Under the pieces are notes generated by a model that was given only the letters and a program-made list of their open reading frames with translations, searched no databases and had not been told where the DNA came from. Position numbers and translations under genes: made by a program. This document shows, piece after piece, positions 9,083-18,318 of a stretch of DNA of 64,000 nt (positions within the stretch are counted from its first letter, which is position 1; each line of letters begins with the position of its first letter). Source of the DNA: Verrucomicrobiota bacterium (GTDB lineage Bacteria; Verrucomicrobiota; Verrucomicrobiia; Palsa-1439); NCBI GenBank assembly GCA_003164675.1, contig PLTX01000034.1, positions 9,680-73,679 on the forward strand, in the 5' to 3' direction.

Positions 9083-11251
9083 TCAGCGATCTGTGCGCAA
9101 CCGTTCCTGCAACCGGCTGAAACGGGCTGCAGTTTTGTTATTGCGCACCGCAATGGCCAGCGCCTTTTTCGATCCGATAAGGATCACGAGCTTCTTGCCG
9201 CGCGTGATCGCGGTGTACAGCAGGTTCCGCTGCAGCAGCACGAAATGCTGCGTGAGCAGCGGCACAATGACGCACGGGTATTCGTTGCCCTGCGATTTGT
9301 GGACGCTGATGGCGTACGCGGGCAGCAGTTCGTCCATGTCCGTGAACTCGTAGGGAATCTCGCGTTCATCAACCTCGACGATGACCTGCTGCTCGACCAG
9401 ATCGATCCTCTTGACGCGGCCCAGATCGCCGTTGAACACATCCTTGTCGTAATTGTTGCGGATCTGCATCACCCGGTCGCCGACGCGGTACGTGCGCCCG
9501 AACCGCTGCACGTTCGGCCCGCTCGGATTCAGCGTCGATTGCAGTTCGCGATTCAAATTCTCCGAGCCGCACAATCCCTTGTGCATCGGCGTCAGCACCT
9601 GCACGTCGCGCATCGGGTCGAACCCGAATTTCTTCGGCACGCGCTCGCCGCACAACGTCTTGATCGTCGCCAGCACCTTCTCGGGTTGTTCCTCGGCTAT
9701 GAAGAAAAAGTCGGCTTCCTGCTGCGCGTCCAACACCGGCATCTGGCCTTCATTGACGAGATGCGCATTCGTGATAATAAAACTGTTCTTGGCCTGTCGG
9801 AAAATCTCGGTCAATCGCACCACGGGCACCCGGTCGGAATCGATCACATCCCGCAGGAAATTGCCCGGTCCCACCGACGGCAACTGGTCCACGTCGCCGA
9901 CGAACACGACCGACGCCGTCAGCGGAATCGCCTTCAACAGGTGATAGGCGAGGGGAATGTCGAGCATCGATGTCTCGTCGATGATGATCATGTCGCCCTG
10001 GAGCGGACGCCGCTCGTTGTGCGTGAACCCGCCTTCGCGCGGCTCGTACTTCAGCAGGCGGTGGATCGTCTGCGCGGGCGCACCCGTCGCCTCGCTCATT
10101 CGTTTGGCCGCGCGTCCCGTCGGCGCGGCGAGCAATACCTTGCCGTTCTTGGCCCGCAGAATCTTGACGATGTTGTTGACGATGGTCGTCTTGCCCACGC
10201 CGGGTCCGCCCGTTATCACCGAAATCTTCGACGTGAGCGCGGTCTGGATGGCGTTCCGCTGCGCGGCGGCCAGTTCCACGCGGGTCTTCTGCTGCACCCA
10301 GACAAGCGCCTTCTCGAAATCGATCGTCGGCAGCGTCAACGGCGCGGCGCGCAGTTCGTGAATCTTGGTGGCGACCCCGCGCTCCGACTTGCACAACCGG
10401 GCCAGGTAGACATAGTCATCCTCGATCACCACGTCGCCGCCCACCGATAATTGGTCAATGGCCTTCTCGATAGGCGCGATCTCGACTTCCAACAATTCGC
10501 GCGCGGCTTCGATCAATCGCTCGCGCGGCAGGCACGTGTGACCCTCGTCGGTCGCGCGGTCGAGCGCGTGCACCACACCCGCCTTCAATCGATGAATGGA
10601 ATCCTTCTCGATCCCCATCTTCGAGGCGATGCCGTCCGCCGTGCGGAAGCCGATGCCGGAAATGTCCTTGGCGAGCCGGTACGGGTTCTCCTGCACGATG
10701 GCCATCGCGTTCTCGCCGTATTGCTTGTAAATCTTCGCCGCGTGCGAGCTGCCAATGCCGTAGCCCTGCAGAAAAATCATGATGTCCCGCACGCTCTTCT
10801 GCGTCGTCCACGCTTCCTTGATCCGCTTGGCGCGTTCGGGACCGATCCCGTCCACTTCCCGCAACCGTGCCGAAAACGTGTCGATCACTTCCAGCGTGCG
10901 CTCGCCGAATTTCTCGACAATCCGGTCGGCGAACGTCTCGCCGATGCCTTTGATCAGGCCGCTGCCGAGATACTTCTTGATGCCAACGACCGTGCGCGGC
11001 AACACGGACTCGAATCGCTCGACCGCAAACTGTCGCCCCCATTGTTTGTGGTTCACCCAATGGCCCTGGGCGCGGACGCTCTCGCCAACATTCAGCGCCG
11101 CGAGATTGCCTACGATGGTGATCGGCTCGGTCCGCCGCGTGCCGCCTTCCGGCAGAAGTTGCGCCACGGTGTAATGGTTCTCCTCGTTGGAGTAAATGAC
11201 ATGCTCCAGCGTGCCTTCAACGGTCTGCAATGGTTCGTCTGCCGTGGCCAT
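9083..11251 (-). CDS. recD2: ATP-dependent RecD-like DNA helicase (RecD2 family, SF1B)
   Basis: 722 aa. Walker A GGPGVGKTT, motif DETSMLD, VGDVDQLPSVGPG, YAISVHKSQGNEYP. The N-terminal HhH and SH3-like region is typical of RecD2. Confidence 0.9.
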   Translation of the reverse strand: MATADEPLQTVEGTLEHVIYSNEENHYTVAQLLPEGGTRRTEPITIVGNLAALNVGESVRAQGHWVNHKQWGRQFAVERFESVLPRTVVGIKKYLGSGLIKGIGETFADRIVEKFGERTLEVIDTFSARLREVDGIGPERAKRIKEAWTTQKSVRDIMIFLQGYGIGSSHAAKIYKQYGENAMAIVQENPYRLAKDISGIGFRTADGIASKMGIEKDSIHRLKAGVVHALDRATDEGHTCLPRERLIEAARELLEVEIAPIEKAIDQLSVGGDVVIEDDYVYLARLCKSERGVATKIHELRAAPLTLPTIDFEKALVWVQQKTRVELAAAQRNAIQTALTSKISVITGGPGVGKTTIVNNIVKILRAKNGKVLLAAPTGRAAKRMSEATGAPAQTIHRLLKYEPREGGFTHNERRPLQGDMIIIDETSMLDIPLAYHLLKAIPLTASVVFVGDVDQLPSVGPGNFLRDVIDSDRVPVVRLTEIFRQAKNSFIITNAHLVNEGQMPVLDAQQEADFFFIAEEQPEKVLATIKTLCGERVPKKFGFDPMRDVQVLTPMHKGLCGSENLNRELQSTLNPSGPNVQRFGRTYRVGDRVMQIRNNYDKDVFNGDLGRVKRIDLVEQQVIVEVDEREIPYEFTDMDELLPAYAISVHKSQGNEYPCVIVPLLTQHFVLLQRNLLYTAITRGKKLVILIGSKKALAIAVRNNKTAARFSRLQERLRTDR

Positions 11252-11332
11252 CAGCGTGTGTTCGACGTGCGGGGAGTGCGGCCTTAGCGGGTTGGCTTCG
11301 CGTCAGGGTACGGGCCAAGAAACCGTTCGCCG

Positions 11333-12244
11333 TTAAAATGGATCATGTGTGTCGGAGATTCCGCCACCCAGACCTCCGTTTCCCAAGAGATTTGCCCGAG
11401 GTGTGCGACCATACCCAACCATGTCTCCGGACTGGCCGCTCGATGTGAAGATCGTCACAGTCTGCGGCTTAATTCTCGTTTTGACCGCATGAATGATGAC
11501 GTTCTCCTGCAAGACATCGGCGTCATTGAACGCAGCCTTTCGTGACTCGAAGAGATGGATGGACCTAATAGCCATCTCGTCCAGAAAGAATCGGCGAAAT
11601 GGCGCGTGATACGGGCCGTTGCAAAAACTGCGCGGCGTGATCGCCACCAATTCTCCATCGTCCGCCACCAGCTTCACAACAAGCCCGAGAAAGGCAGTGT
11701 AGAGATTGACGACCGGCAATCCCACGCCCTCAAGGTGCTTTCGATCCGCCGAATTCGTGGCGATTTTACGATAGGGTGGATTCAGGATTGCCGCATCGTA
11801 ACGCTGGCGCTCGCTGCCAAAAAGGTCATCCCGCAACGCCAAGCTCGCATCGGAGATGAAGTCAGTGCGGTGAATCACATGCGAAAAGTAAACGCCGACT
11901 CTAGCAAGATGTTTAGCACAAAGCTCCAGCGTGTCGTGCAAGTGGTTGGCAAGCTCTGGATCAATCTCGAATGCGTCCACATGAAGCGACGTAGGCCGCT
12001 CGTCGCTCTGAAGAATCCGTTCGACGACAGCAGCGGTCAACGATCCGATTCCCGCGCCCGGGTCGAGCAAACGAATTGAGGCGCGATGCAGCGACAGTCT
12101 CTCTGCCATCAACTTCGCGACGAAATGCGGTGTTAGGATTTGCCCCAAGTTTGACCGTTGTTTGAGGTCAAGGCGGTTCGTGGCTGCTACCCGCGCGATG
12201 TCGACGGTTTCGCCCAAATCTGCTAGTGCGACGCTCGCATGCAT
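11333..12244 (-). CDS. Gamma-class N6-adenine DNA methyltransferase catalytic domain (Eco57I/TaqI-like); target-recognition domain absent, possibly truncated
   Basis: [16 protein letters not shown] (motif X), [10 protein letters not shown] (motif I/FxGxG) and ILNPPYRKI (motif IV NPPY). At 303 aa it ends shortly after the catalytic core with an atypical tail [16 protein letters not shown]. Confidence 0.7.
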   Translation of the reverse strand: MHASVALADLGETVDIARVAATNRLDLKQRSNLGQILTPHFVAKLMAERLSLHRASIRLLDPGAGIGSLTAAVVERILQSDERPTSLHVDAFEIDPELANHLHDTLELCAKHLARVGVYFSHVIHRTDFISDASLALRDDLFGSERQRYDAAILNPPYRKIATNSADRKHLEGVGLPVVNLYTAFLGLVVKLVADDGELVAITPRSFCNGPYHAPFRRFFLDEMAIRSIHLFESRKAAFNDADVLQENVIIHAVKTRIKPQTVTIFTSSGQSGDMVGYGRTPRANLLGNGGLGGGISDTHDPF

Positions 12245-12292
12245 CGGCTAAATACTAGCAAAGAAGACGGTCATTTAGCAATCAGCCTCGAT

Positions 12293-13519
12293 TCACACCT
12301 TACGCGTCAGTTCCGCCACGGCCTCGCAGTGGGCGGTCTGGGGAAACATGTCGAACGGCGTGACGCGCTCCAGTCGATACCCGTGCGCAACCAACTGCTT
12401 GATGTCCCGCGCCAGCATCGGCGGCGCGCATGACACGTAAATGATCTTGCGGGGTTTCTGTTCGCGCAACGTCTTGCGTACTACAGGGGCGCAACCCGAC
12501 CGCGGCGGATCGAGAATCAGGCACGTCTTGTTCAGATCGCACTGTCGCAATGTATAGAATAGCAGCCGCTCGGTCTTGCCGGGGTAAAAATCATAGCTTT
12601 TCAGGCCGAGGCGTTGCGCGTTCTCGTTGGCGGCCTTGATGGCTTTCGCGTCCTCTTCGATTCCATACACGTGCTCGGCGAGATCGGCCAGCATCAGGGC
12701 GAACAAACCGACCCCGCAATAGGCATCCACCAGAATCTTGCAACCAGTGTCGGCAAATATCTTGCGAGCATGTTGTAGCGCCAGCTCGATGACCTCGCGG
12801 TTGACCTGAAAAAACGAGCCGAGCGGCACCTGCAGCGTTTTGCCAAGAACGTTTTCGGTGATTGTTTCGACGACCGTTGGTTCCGCCGACTCTTCGGCAT
12901 CGAGCGGATCCACATTGGCTCGTCGGCGTTCCTCGTACAGCCACACCTGCCGCGCGGAGTTGGAGCGAATTGTCAAATGCACGTTCTCCAACGATTGCTG
13001 GGCGACCTCCGCCAGCTTCGCGTTCACTTCTTCGCCGGCGATAGGACATTGCTCGATGCCGATAATGGACCGCCCGCGCACGCTCCAGAAACCGGGCTTA
13101 CCGGGACCGTGCACGACAATCTTGTTGCGGTAGTGGTACTCACGCGGCGAGCCAACGACCGCTTCGATGGGCGGATTGGCAATTTTGCCAATGCGCTCGA
13201 ACACATCCCGAATCTGGCGGCGCTTCAGTTCGAGTTGGTGCTCGTAAGCGATATGCTGGTATTGGCAGCCGGCGCATTTCGCGTAGTACGGGCAGCGCGG
13301 CTCCACGCGCCGCGGTGACGGCGTGATCACCCGCACAAGGTCAGCCGTCGCGTAGCGGCGCTTGACCTCCACGATCTCGACCTCGACGCGTTCGCCCTCG
13401 ATCACGAACGGCACAAACACCACGAAATTGTCCACGCGCCCGATGCCGTCGCCGCCGAACGCGACCGTCGTGATATCCAGTTCGAGCCGCTGACCGACCT
13501 GCACGCCCGCGGTCGTCAT
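12293..13519 (-). CDS. rlmD: 23S rRNA (uracil-5-)-methyltransferase RlmD/RumA family (TRAM + Fe-S + MTase)
   Basis: Start MTTAGVQVGQRLELDITTVAFGGDGIGRVD (TRAM domain), a Cys cluster CPYYAKCAGCQYQH and a C-terminal SAM MTase (LVDAYCGVGLF...ILDPPRSG...YVSCAP). The ORF opens at 13813 but the ATG at 13519 matches the conserved N-terminus. Confidence 0.8.
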   Translation of the reverse strand: MTTAGVQVGQRLELDITTVAFGGDGIGRVDNFVVFVPFVIEGERVEVEIVEVKRRYATADLVRVITPSPRRVEPRCPYYAKCAGCQYQHIAYEHQLELKRRQIRDVFERIGKIANPPIEAVVGSPREYHYRNKIVVHGPGKPGFWSVRGRSIIGIEQCPIAGEEVNAKLAEVAQQSLENVHLTIRSNSARQVWLYEERRRANVDPLDAEESAEPTVVETITENVLGKTLQVPLGSFFQVNREVIELALQHARKIFADTGCKILVDAYCGVGLFALMLADLAEHVYGIEEDAKAIKAANENAQRLGLKSYDFYPGKTERLLFYTLRQCDLNKTCLILDPPRSGCAPVVRKTLREQKPRKIIYVSCAPPMLARDIKQLVAHGYRLERVTPFDMFPQTAHCEAVAELTRKV

Positions 13520-13872
13520 GGTTGCTTGTCGCCTGACTTGGTGGTCAGCGCGGAAACGCTGCCGGTCAACGCCCAGATCCAGGCGATGAGAAAAAGGACG
13601 ACTCCCGCAACCGCCATCCCAAAAGAGCTGCCGAGCTGTTCGGGGAGTTCGTTCGTTCGGAGGAACTTGTCGAGCAGGGGCGCTCCCCCGACCATCGTCA
13701 ATGCGAAGCCACCCAGGGCGAGGACGATCTGAATGGCGGCCTTGAGGGGTTGCCGAACAATCAACGAACCCAATCCCGGTAACACGAACAGGTTGAGCAA
13801 GAGACACACCCACGCAGCCAGTCGCTTCACCGGCTTCGGTGATGGGGAAATGACTGGCGGTTGGTCAACCAT
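13516..13872 (-). CDS. Small hypothetical membrane protein
   Basis: MVDQPP...LAAWVCLLLNLFVLPGLGSLIV... has three predicted TM helices and overlaps the rlmD start by 4 nt. Confidence 0.35.
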   Translation of the reverse strand: MVDQPPVISPSPKPVKRLAAWVCLLLNLFVLPGLGSLIVRQPLKAAIQIVLALGGFALTMVGGAPLLDKFLRTNELPEQLGSSFGMAVAGVVLFLIAWIWALTGSVSALTTKSGDKQP

Positions 13873-14821
13873 GGTGGCTTGTCGGCTCGATGATTTGGGA
13901 TCCAAGGAGGTCCTCGTACGCATACAACTTGGCCGCGATCCCGATCGGAAGCGTGGCAAACACACCAACACAGCAGGCAATCACGCCCAACGCACTGATC
14001 AGCCCCGCCACGATAAACAGTGCGAACAGGATCCACCACTGCCGCGTCACGGTTTTTCGGCTCAACTCCATGGCCTCCCAGAAACCCATTCGCTTGTCGA
14101 TCACCAACGGCAACGTGAATTTCCAGGCCACGCCCAGATAAATGCCCGGCAGAATACAGCAGAGAAATCCAAAACCGACCAACACGCCGCTGACAACATG
14201 GGCCAGCAGCAGCGGGATGAACGCGCTGCCAAATCCCGCGAACGCGTCGCCAATATCCGCCGGCTGTCCGCGCATGAGCTTCAGATAATAATTGTACAGT
14301 CCACCCATCAGTGGTCCGCTCGCCACCAGATTCCACAAGATGTTGACCAGGATGCCCGGCCATTGAGCCACGATCGCCTCCCATGGGTGGCCACGATGCG
14401 CAACCAGCGGCACGCCAAGCGCGAAATTGACCGTGAAACCCAGCGCTACGCCCACGCCACCCAGAAGTACCAAAATTAATAGCGATGTGCCGACCAACCT
14501 CCAGAAATTGCCGGTCAACAGTGTCCAGGCGCGCCTAATGCACGCGCCTATATCCACTTCATAACCTCGGGACGTGACTTGGGCAGCCAGCGTGTCGGCA
14601 TCAACAGACCCGACCGCCGGTGGTGCTCCAGACGACGGAGAGGGCCCACCAGCCAAATCGGCAAATTCGGGAAACGCGGAAATCGGTTTCCATTCGGTGG
14701 TGCCCTCGGCCTGCGCCTTGGTCTGCGCGTTGGCCCGCCCCTCGCGAATCCATTGCCGCAGTTGCTCTGCCGTAACCGGGCCGTATTCGCGTCCGTCAAC
14801 TCCAAGGATCTTATACATGTC
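13865..14821 (-). CDS. GYF_2 (DUF4339) domain membrane protein, paralog 1 (large polytopic C-terminal domain)
   Basis: N-terminus MYKILGVDGREYGPVTAEQLRQWIREGRANAQTKAQAEGTTEWKPISAFPEF is followed by about 250 aa with multiple TM helices. Confidence 0.6.
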   Translation of the reverse strand, partial: DMYKILGVDGREYGPVTAEQLRQWIREGRANAQTKAQAEGTTEWKPISAFPEFADLAGGPSPSSGAPPAVGSVDADTLAAQVTSRGYEVDIGACIRRAWTLLTGNFWRLVGTSLLILVLLGGVGVALGFTVNFALGVPLVAHRGHPWEAIVAQWPGILVNILWNLVASGPLMGGLYNYYLKLMRGQPADIGDAFAGFGSAFIPLLLAHVVSGVLVGFGFLCCILPGIYLGVAWKFTLPLVIDKRMGFWEAMELSRKTVTRQWWILFALFIVAGLISALGVIACCVGVFATLPIGIAAKLYAYEDLLGSQIIEPTSHHG

Positions 14822-15305
14822 AGAACCAGCCCTTCTTGTTCCGGACGTACGTTTGGACAAACTCCTCATCGGATTTCGTCAGATAAATGAGCCCTTCAAT
14901 GAGGGAGATCACCCACATGACTACACCGCCAATACCACAGGTGAGCACGGTGATTAGCAACATCGTGATGCCGGCACCGGTATAGCCGAGGACGAACTTG
15001 TGGATGCCCAGGCATCCGGTGTATGGAATCAGGGCCAGCACGCCCGCCACGATCTTTTTGTCCGCACCGGGCGGCCGTGTCGCGCCGTACGCCGGCACCG
15101 GCGGCGAGATCGGCGGAGGTGCGCCGTCGGAGATACCGAGTGACGCCTGGAATTCTGGAAAGTTGGCCAGATGTTTCCACTCAGCTTGGCCCTCACCTTG
15201 CACCTTCGTCTGCGCATTGGCGCGGCCTTCTCGAATCCATTGCGCTAGTTGTTCCGCTGTGACCGGTCCGTACTCTTTGCCATCGGCTCCGATAATTTTG
15301 TACAT
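14820..15305 (-). CDS. GYF_2 (DUF4339) + TM2-domain membrane protein, paralog 2
   Basis: MYKIIGADGKEYGPVTAEQLAQWIREGRANAQTKVQGEGQAEWKHLANFPEF, then the TM2-like GVLALIPYTGCLGIHKFVLGYTGAGITMLL. Confidence 0.6.
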   Translation of the reverse strand: MYKIIGADGKEYGPVTAEQLAQWIREGRANAQTKVQGEGQAEWKHLANFPEFQASLGISDGAPPPISPPVPAYGATRPPGADKKIVAGVLALIPYTGCLGIHKFVLGYTGAGITMLLITVLTCGIGGVVMWVISLIEGLIYLTKSDEEFVQTYVRNKKGWF

Positions 15306-15339
15306 GTCAACCTCCGTCAGAATCGTTCCGGTCTTAACA

Positions 15340-15708
15340 TTATGGCGCCAATAGCGTAAATGGGTATGCGGGAATGTTGCGCAGCACGCCGAACGCGACA
15401 ATTACCACGAGCAGCAACCAGATCCAGGCCGGTTTCAACGTGCTGGCGTCGCCGCGTACGATCAGGTAGCCGGCCACCGGCACCATGGACATCGACAGCG
15501 CATTGAATCGAAATGCCGCCGCCAGATTTCCATGCAAAAGCAGGTGAAGCGCGCGCGTCGTCCCGCAACCGGGACACCACAGACCGGTCATCTCGTGGAA
15601 CAAACATCGTGGATACAGCATGGTGGTTGCGGGATCGAAAAAGAACAGCACGACTCCGACACCCGCCGCCGCCGCGAGGACAGCGACCATGGAAAGCGAT
15701 TTCCTCAT
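15340..15708 (-). CDS. DUF2752 family membrane protein
   Basis: CPGCGTTRALHLLLHG motif with flanking TM helices. It sits inside the GYF_2 paralog array. Confidence 0.5.
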   Translation of the reverse strand: MRKSLSMVAVLAAAAGVGVVLFFFDPATTMLYPRCLFHEMTGLWCPGCGTTRALHLLLHGNLAAAFRFNALSMSMVPVAGYLIVRGDASTLKPAWIWLLLVVIVAFGVLRNIPAYPFTLLAP

Positions 15709-15742
15709 GGTTGGCTGATGCGCGTCCACTCGATTCTCCCGC

Positions 15743-16258
15743 TCACGTGCGCCATTGACGCCAGTGCATGTAGTACTGCCTCCAGGGCTTCCACGTCCCC
15801 AGCCGCATACCGAGTATCAGCAACGCTATCAGGCCGATAATCGACAGGATCAAACCAGCAATGGCCATCCCTCTGCCGGTCTGCTGCGATGGATCGCGCT
15901 TGATTTGCGACAAACCCACGCTCGAAAAAACAATGCCCAGCACGCTAAAGATGGGACCACAGCACAGCCAGCCCCCCATCAACCCGATCAGCCCGAAGAT
16001 CAGCCCGGTGACCGCCATGCTATTCGTCACGGGGCGTGTGGCGGGACCTGCCGGCGCTCCCGGTGGCATCGAGGGCGGGATGGGCGGTGGCGCCGTCGGG
16101 GCAAATTCCGGGTGTTGGCCGAGCGGCTTCCACTCGACGCTGCCTTCGGCTTGGGCCAGGGTCTGCGCGTTGGCGCGACCCTCGGCGATCCATTGGCGTA
16201 TCTGGTCCGCGCTGACAGGGCCGTAGGGCCGGCCATCACCACCGATGATCTTGAACAT
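15743..16258 (-). CDS. GYF_2 (DUF4339) + DUF4190-like membrane protein, paralog 3
   Basis: MFKIIGGDGRPYGPVSADQIRQWIAEGRANAQTLAQAEGSVEWKPLGQHPEF, a Pro-rich linker and two C-terminal TM helices. Confidence 0.6.
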   Translation of the reverse strand: MFKIIGGDGRPYGPVSADQIRQWIAEGRANAQTLAQAEGSVEWKPLGQHPEFAPTAPPPIPPSMPPGAPAGPATRPVTNSMAVTGLIFGLIGLMGGWLCCGPIFSVLGIVFSSVGLSQIKRDPSQQTGRGMAIAGLILSIIGLIALLILGMRLGTWKPWRQYYMHWRQWRT

Positions 16259-16314
16259 TGGGCTCCTTGCTCCCCTGGTTCAACGCCAACTCCAAGTTGC
16301 GAACAATTTTCACG

Positions 16315-17538
16315 CTACGCCAGCGCCTTGCGCAACTCCAGCTTTAATTTTTCCAATCCCTCTCCCGCAAGCGCGGAGATTTCCAATACCTTTTGTCGCG
16401 CAGGCTTGCCCGCCGGCTTCTTCTTCGACGTTCGGGATGCTCGTCCCGCCAGCTTGCGCTTGAACGCCGCCAGGTTCTTCTTCGCGTCAGGCAGGTCCAT
16501 CTTATTGGCTACCACGAGCCGTTTCTTCTCCAGAATCTCGGGATTGTACAGTTTCAGTTCGTCGAGCAATTGCTGGTAATCATCCTGCGGCTTGCGGCCA
16601 TCGACGCCCGCCATGTCCAGCAATACCACCAGCAGTTGGCAACGCTCGATGTGCCGCAGGAAATCATGTCCCAGCCCCTTGCCCCGATGCGCGCCTTCGA
16701 TCAGCCCCGGAATGTCGGCGATCCGAATGCGCTCGAAATCGCCGTAGCTGAGGATTCCCACATTCGGCGTCAGCGTCGTGAACGGATACGAGGCGACTTT
16801 CGGGTGCGCGTTGGTGATCTTCGAGATCAGCGTCGATTTGCCCGCGTTCGGGAAACCGATCAGCCCCGCGTCCGCCAGCGTCTTCAGTTCCAATTCGACT
16901 TCGAGTTGCTCGCCCGGCTCGCCGTACTCGAACTCGCGCGGCGCCTGGTGTGCCGAACTCTTGAACGCCGCGTTGCCGCGTCCGCCGCGTCCGCCCTTCG
17001 CCAGCACAAACTGCTGGCCGTCCTCCACAAGATCGGCAATCAGTTCACGGCCGGTCTCAACAGGAGGAGCATCCACTACTTCGACAACCGGGACGCCGAG
17101 AGGCGCATCGGCACGCGATGCCTCCACCAACTGCTTCGCCCGTCCCGGCGTGAATGGCATTCCGACGGTTACTCTCGGGTCGAATTCCTCCGTCGCCGCT
17201 GCCGGATGATAACTCGACGGCGCGCGCTGTTTCACCGGCGCGGTCAGCCGGAAAATTTGCGTGCCGATGGGCACTCTCGCGATGACGTTTCGCGCGCCCC
17301 GGCCAAAGCAATTCTTCCCGCGCCCGTGGACGCCGTGTTTGGCCACCAGCCGTGGCGAATAATAAAAATCCGAAAGATCGGTGATGTTCTTGTCCGCCAC
17401 CACCACCACGTCGCCGCCCTTGCCGCCGTCGCCGCCGTCCGGCCCGCCCCGATCGATATATTTCTCCCGCCGAAACGATACACACCCGTTCCCGCCATCC
17501 CCCGCCTTGACCCGTATTTTGACCTTGTCGACGAACAT
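16315..17538 (-). CDS. obg: GTPase Obg/CgtA
   Basis: MFVDKVKIRVKAGDGGNGCVSFRREKYIDRGGPDGGDGGKGGDVV (Obg fold), G1 GFPNAGKST, G3 DIPGLIEGA. Confidence 0.9.
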   Translation of the reverse strand: MFVDKVKIRVKAGDGGNGCVSFRREKYIDRGGPDGGDGGKGGDVVVVADKNITDLSDFYYSPRLVAKHGVHGRGKNCFGRGARNVIARVPIGTQIFRLTAPVKQRAPSSYHPAAATEEFDPRVTVGMPFTPGRAKQLVEASRADAPLGVPVVEVVDAPPVETGRELIADLVEDGQQFVLAKGGRGGRGNAAFKSSAHQAPREFEYGEPGEQLEVELELKTLADAGLIGFPNAGKSTLISKITNAHPKVASYPFTTLTPNVGILSYGDFERIRIADIPGLIEGAHRGKGLGHDFLRHIERCQLLVVLLDMAGVDGRKPQDDYQQLLDELKLYNPEILEKKRLVVANKMDLPDAKKNLAAFKRKLAGRASRTSKKKPAGKPARQKVLEISALAGEGLEKLKLELRKALA

Positions 17539-17653
17539 GCAGTCAGCATAGCCGCAAAAACCGCAAGCGGGAAGGGGAAAGCCGGTTGACTCTGGAAGTG
17601 GTCTGGCGACCGTGTGGCCGCACCGGATTTGCCACGAGTCGGGCGTTGACCCG

Positions 17654-18253
17654 CTACGAGGGGTTAGTAGCTGCGACGTTTTGTGCGTCGCGTATAACTT
17701 CGTAAACGGTGCCCGAGTCTTGAATTAAGTCGAAGCAAGGAAAAGAGAATTGGCCAGCGTTAGGTGACGCCAGTCGCCAGGATCGCATCGGTCCTCCGCG
17801 CTCTGCGGGCCCAAAAATGATCGTCCCCGACCCATCTGATTTCTGTTCCAGAGAGAGGTCGGTTATCGTACGCAAGTTTATGGATTTTACGGTGTGGCCA
17901 AAAAGTCCCGAAATAATCAGACAGCGCTGGTTTGTGACCCCGTAACAAGTTCTCTCCCTCAACTTGGCGTCGTATATAAAGCGCCCGAACATCATGTAGA
18001 GACCGACCGCCACAAACGGAATTCCCCATAGCCTCATGAAGATTGGGCCACCTGTCTTGATTGCCATTGCCTCCCAGAAAATGGCAAATCCACCCCACAG
18101 GATGCTAAATGGTATTGTAGCCATGTCAGACTTGCGCAACCTGATGCCTTGCAACGGACTGCCGCTCCAAAGCAATTTCTCACCCGATCCCAGTTCCGCC
18201 GAGACGACTGAGTTCGAGTCCGTCCAAATTACTTGTCCAGAGATAGCTCTCAC
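17654..18253 (-). CDS. Hypothetical membrane protein (2 TM + soluble C-domain; possibly bPH_2/DUF304-like), low GC
   Basis: The TM helices are IPFSILWGGFAIFWEAMAI and LWGIPFVAVGLYMMFGRFIY. GC is visibly lower than in the flanking obg and midA-like genes. Confidence 0.4.
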   Translation of the reverse strand: MRAISGQVIWTDSNSVVSAELGSGEKLLWSGSPLQGIRLRKSDMATIPFSILWGGFAIFWEAMAIKTGGPIFMRLWGIPFVAVGLYMMFGRFIYDAKLRERTCYGVTNQRCLIISGLFGHTVKSINLRTITDLSLEQKSDGSGTIIFGPAERGGPMRSWRLASPNAGQFSFPCFDLIQDSGTVYEVIRDAQNVAATNPS

Positions 18254-18318
18254 CTACTTGATTCCAGTATGCAATGAATACCCGATGCTTGCAACGGCAG
18301 TTAAGACCGACGTGCGGA

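Noticed and set aside
9245-10450. 401-aa plus-strand ORF
   Set aside because: Antisense to recD2. No motifs.
18200-18225. GTTCGAGTCC T-loop-like string (possible tRNA)
   Set aside because: No complementary T-stem or acceptor stem around it. It lies inside a CDS. No tRNA cloverleaf was found anywhere in the window.
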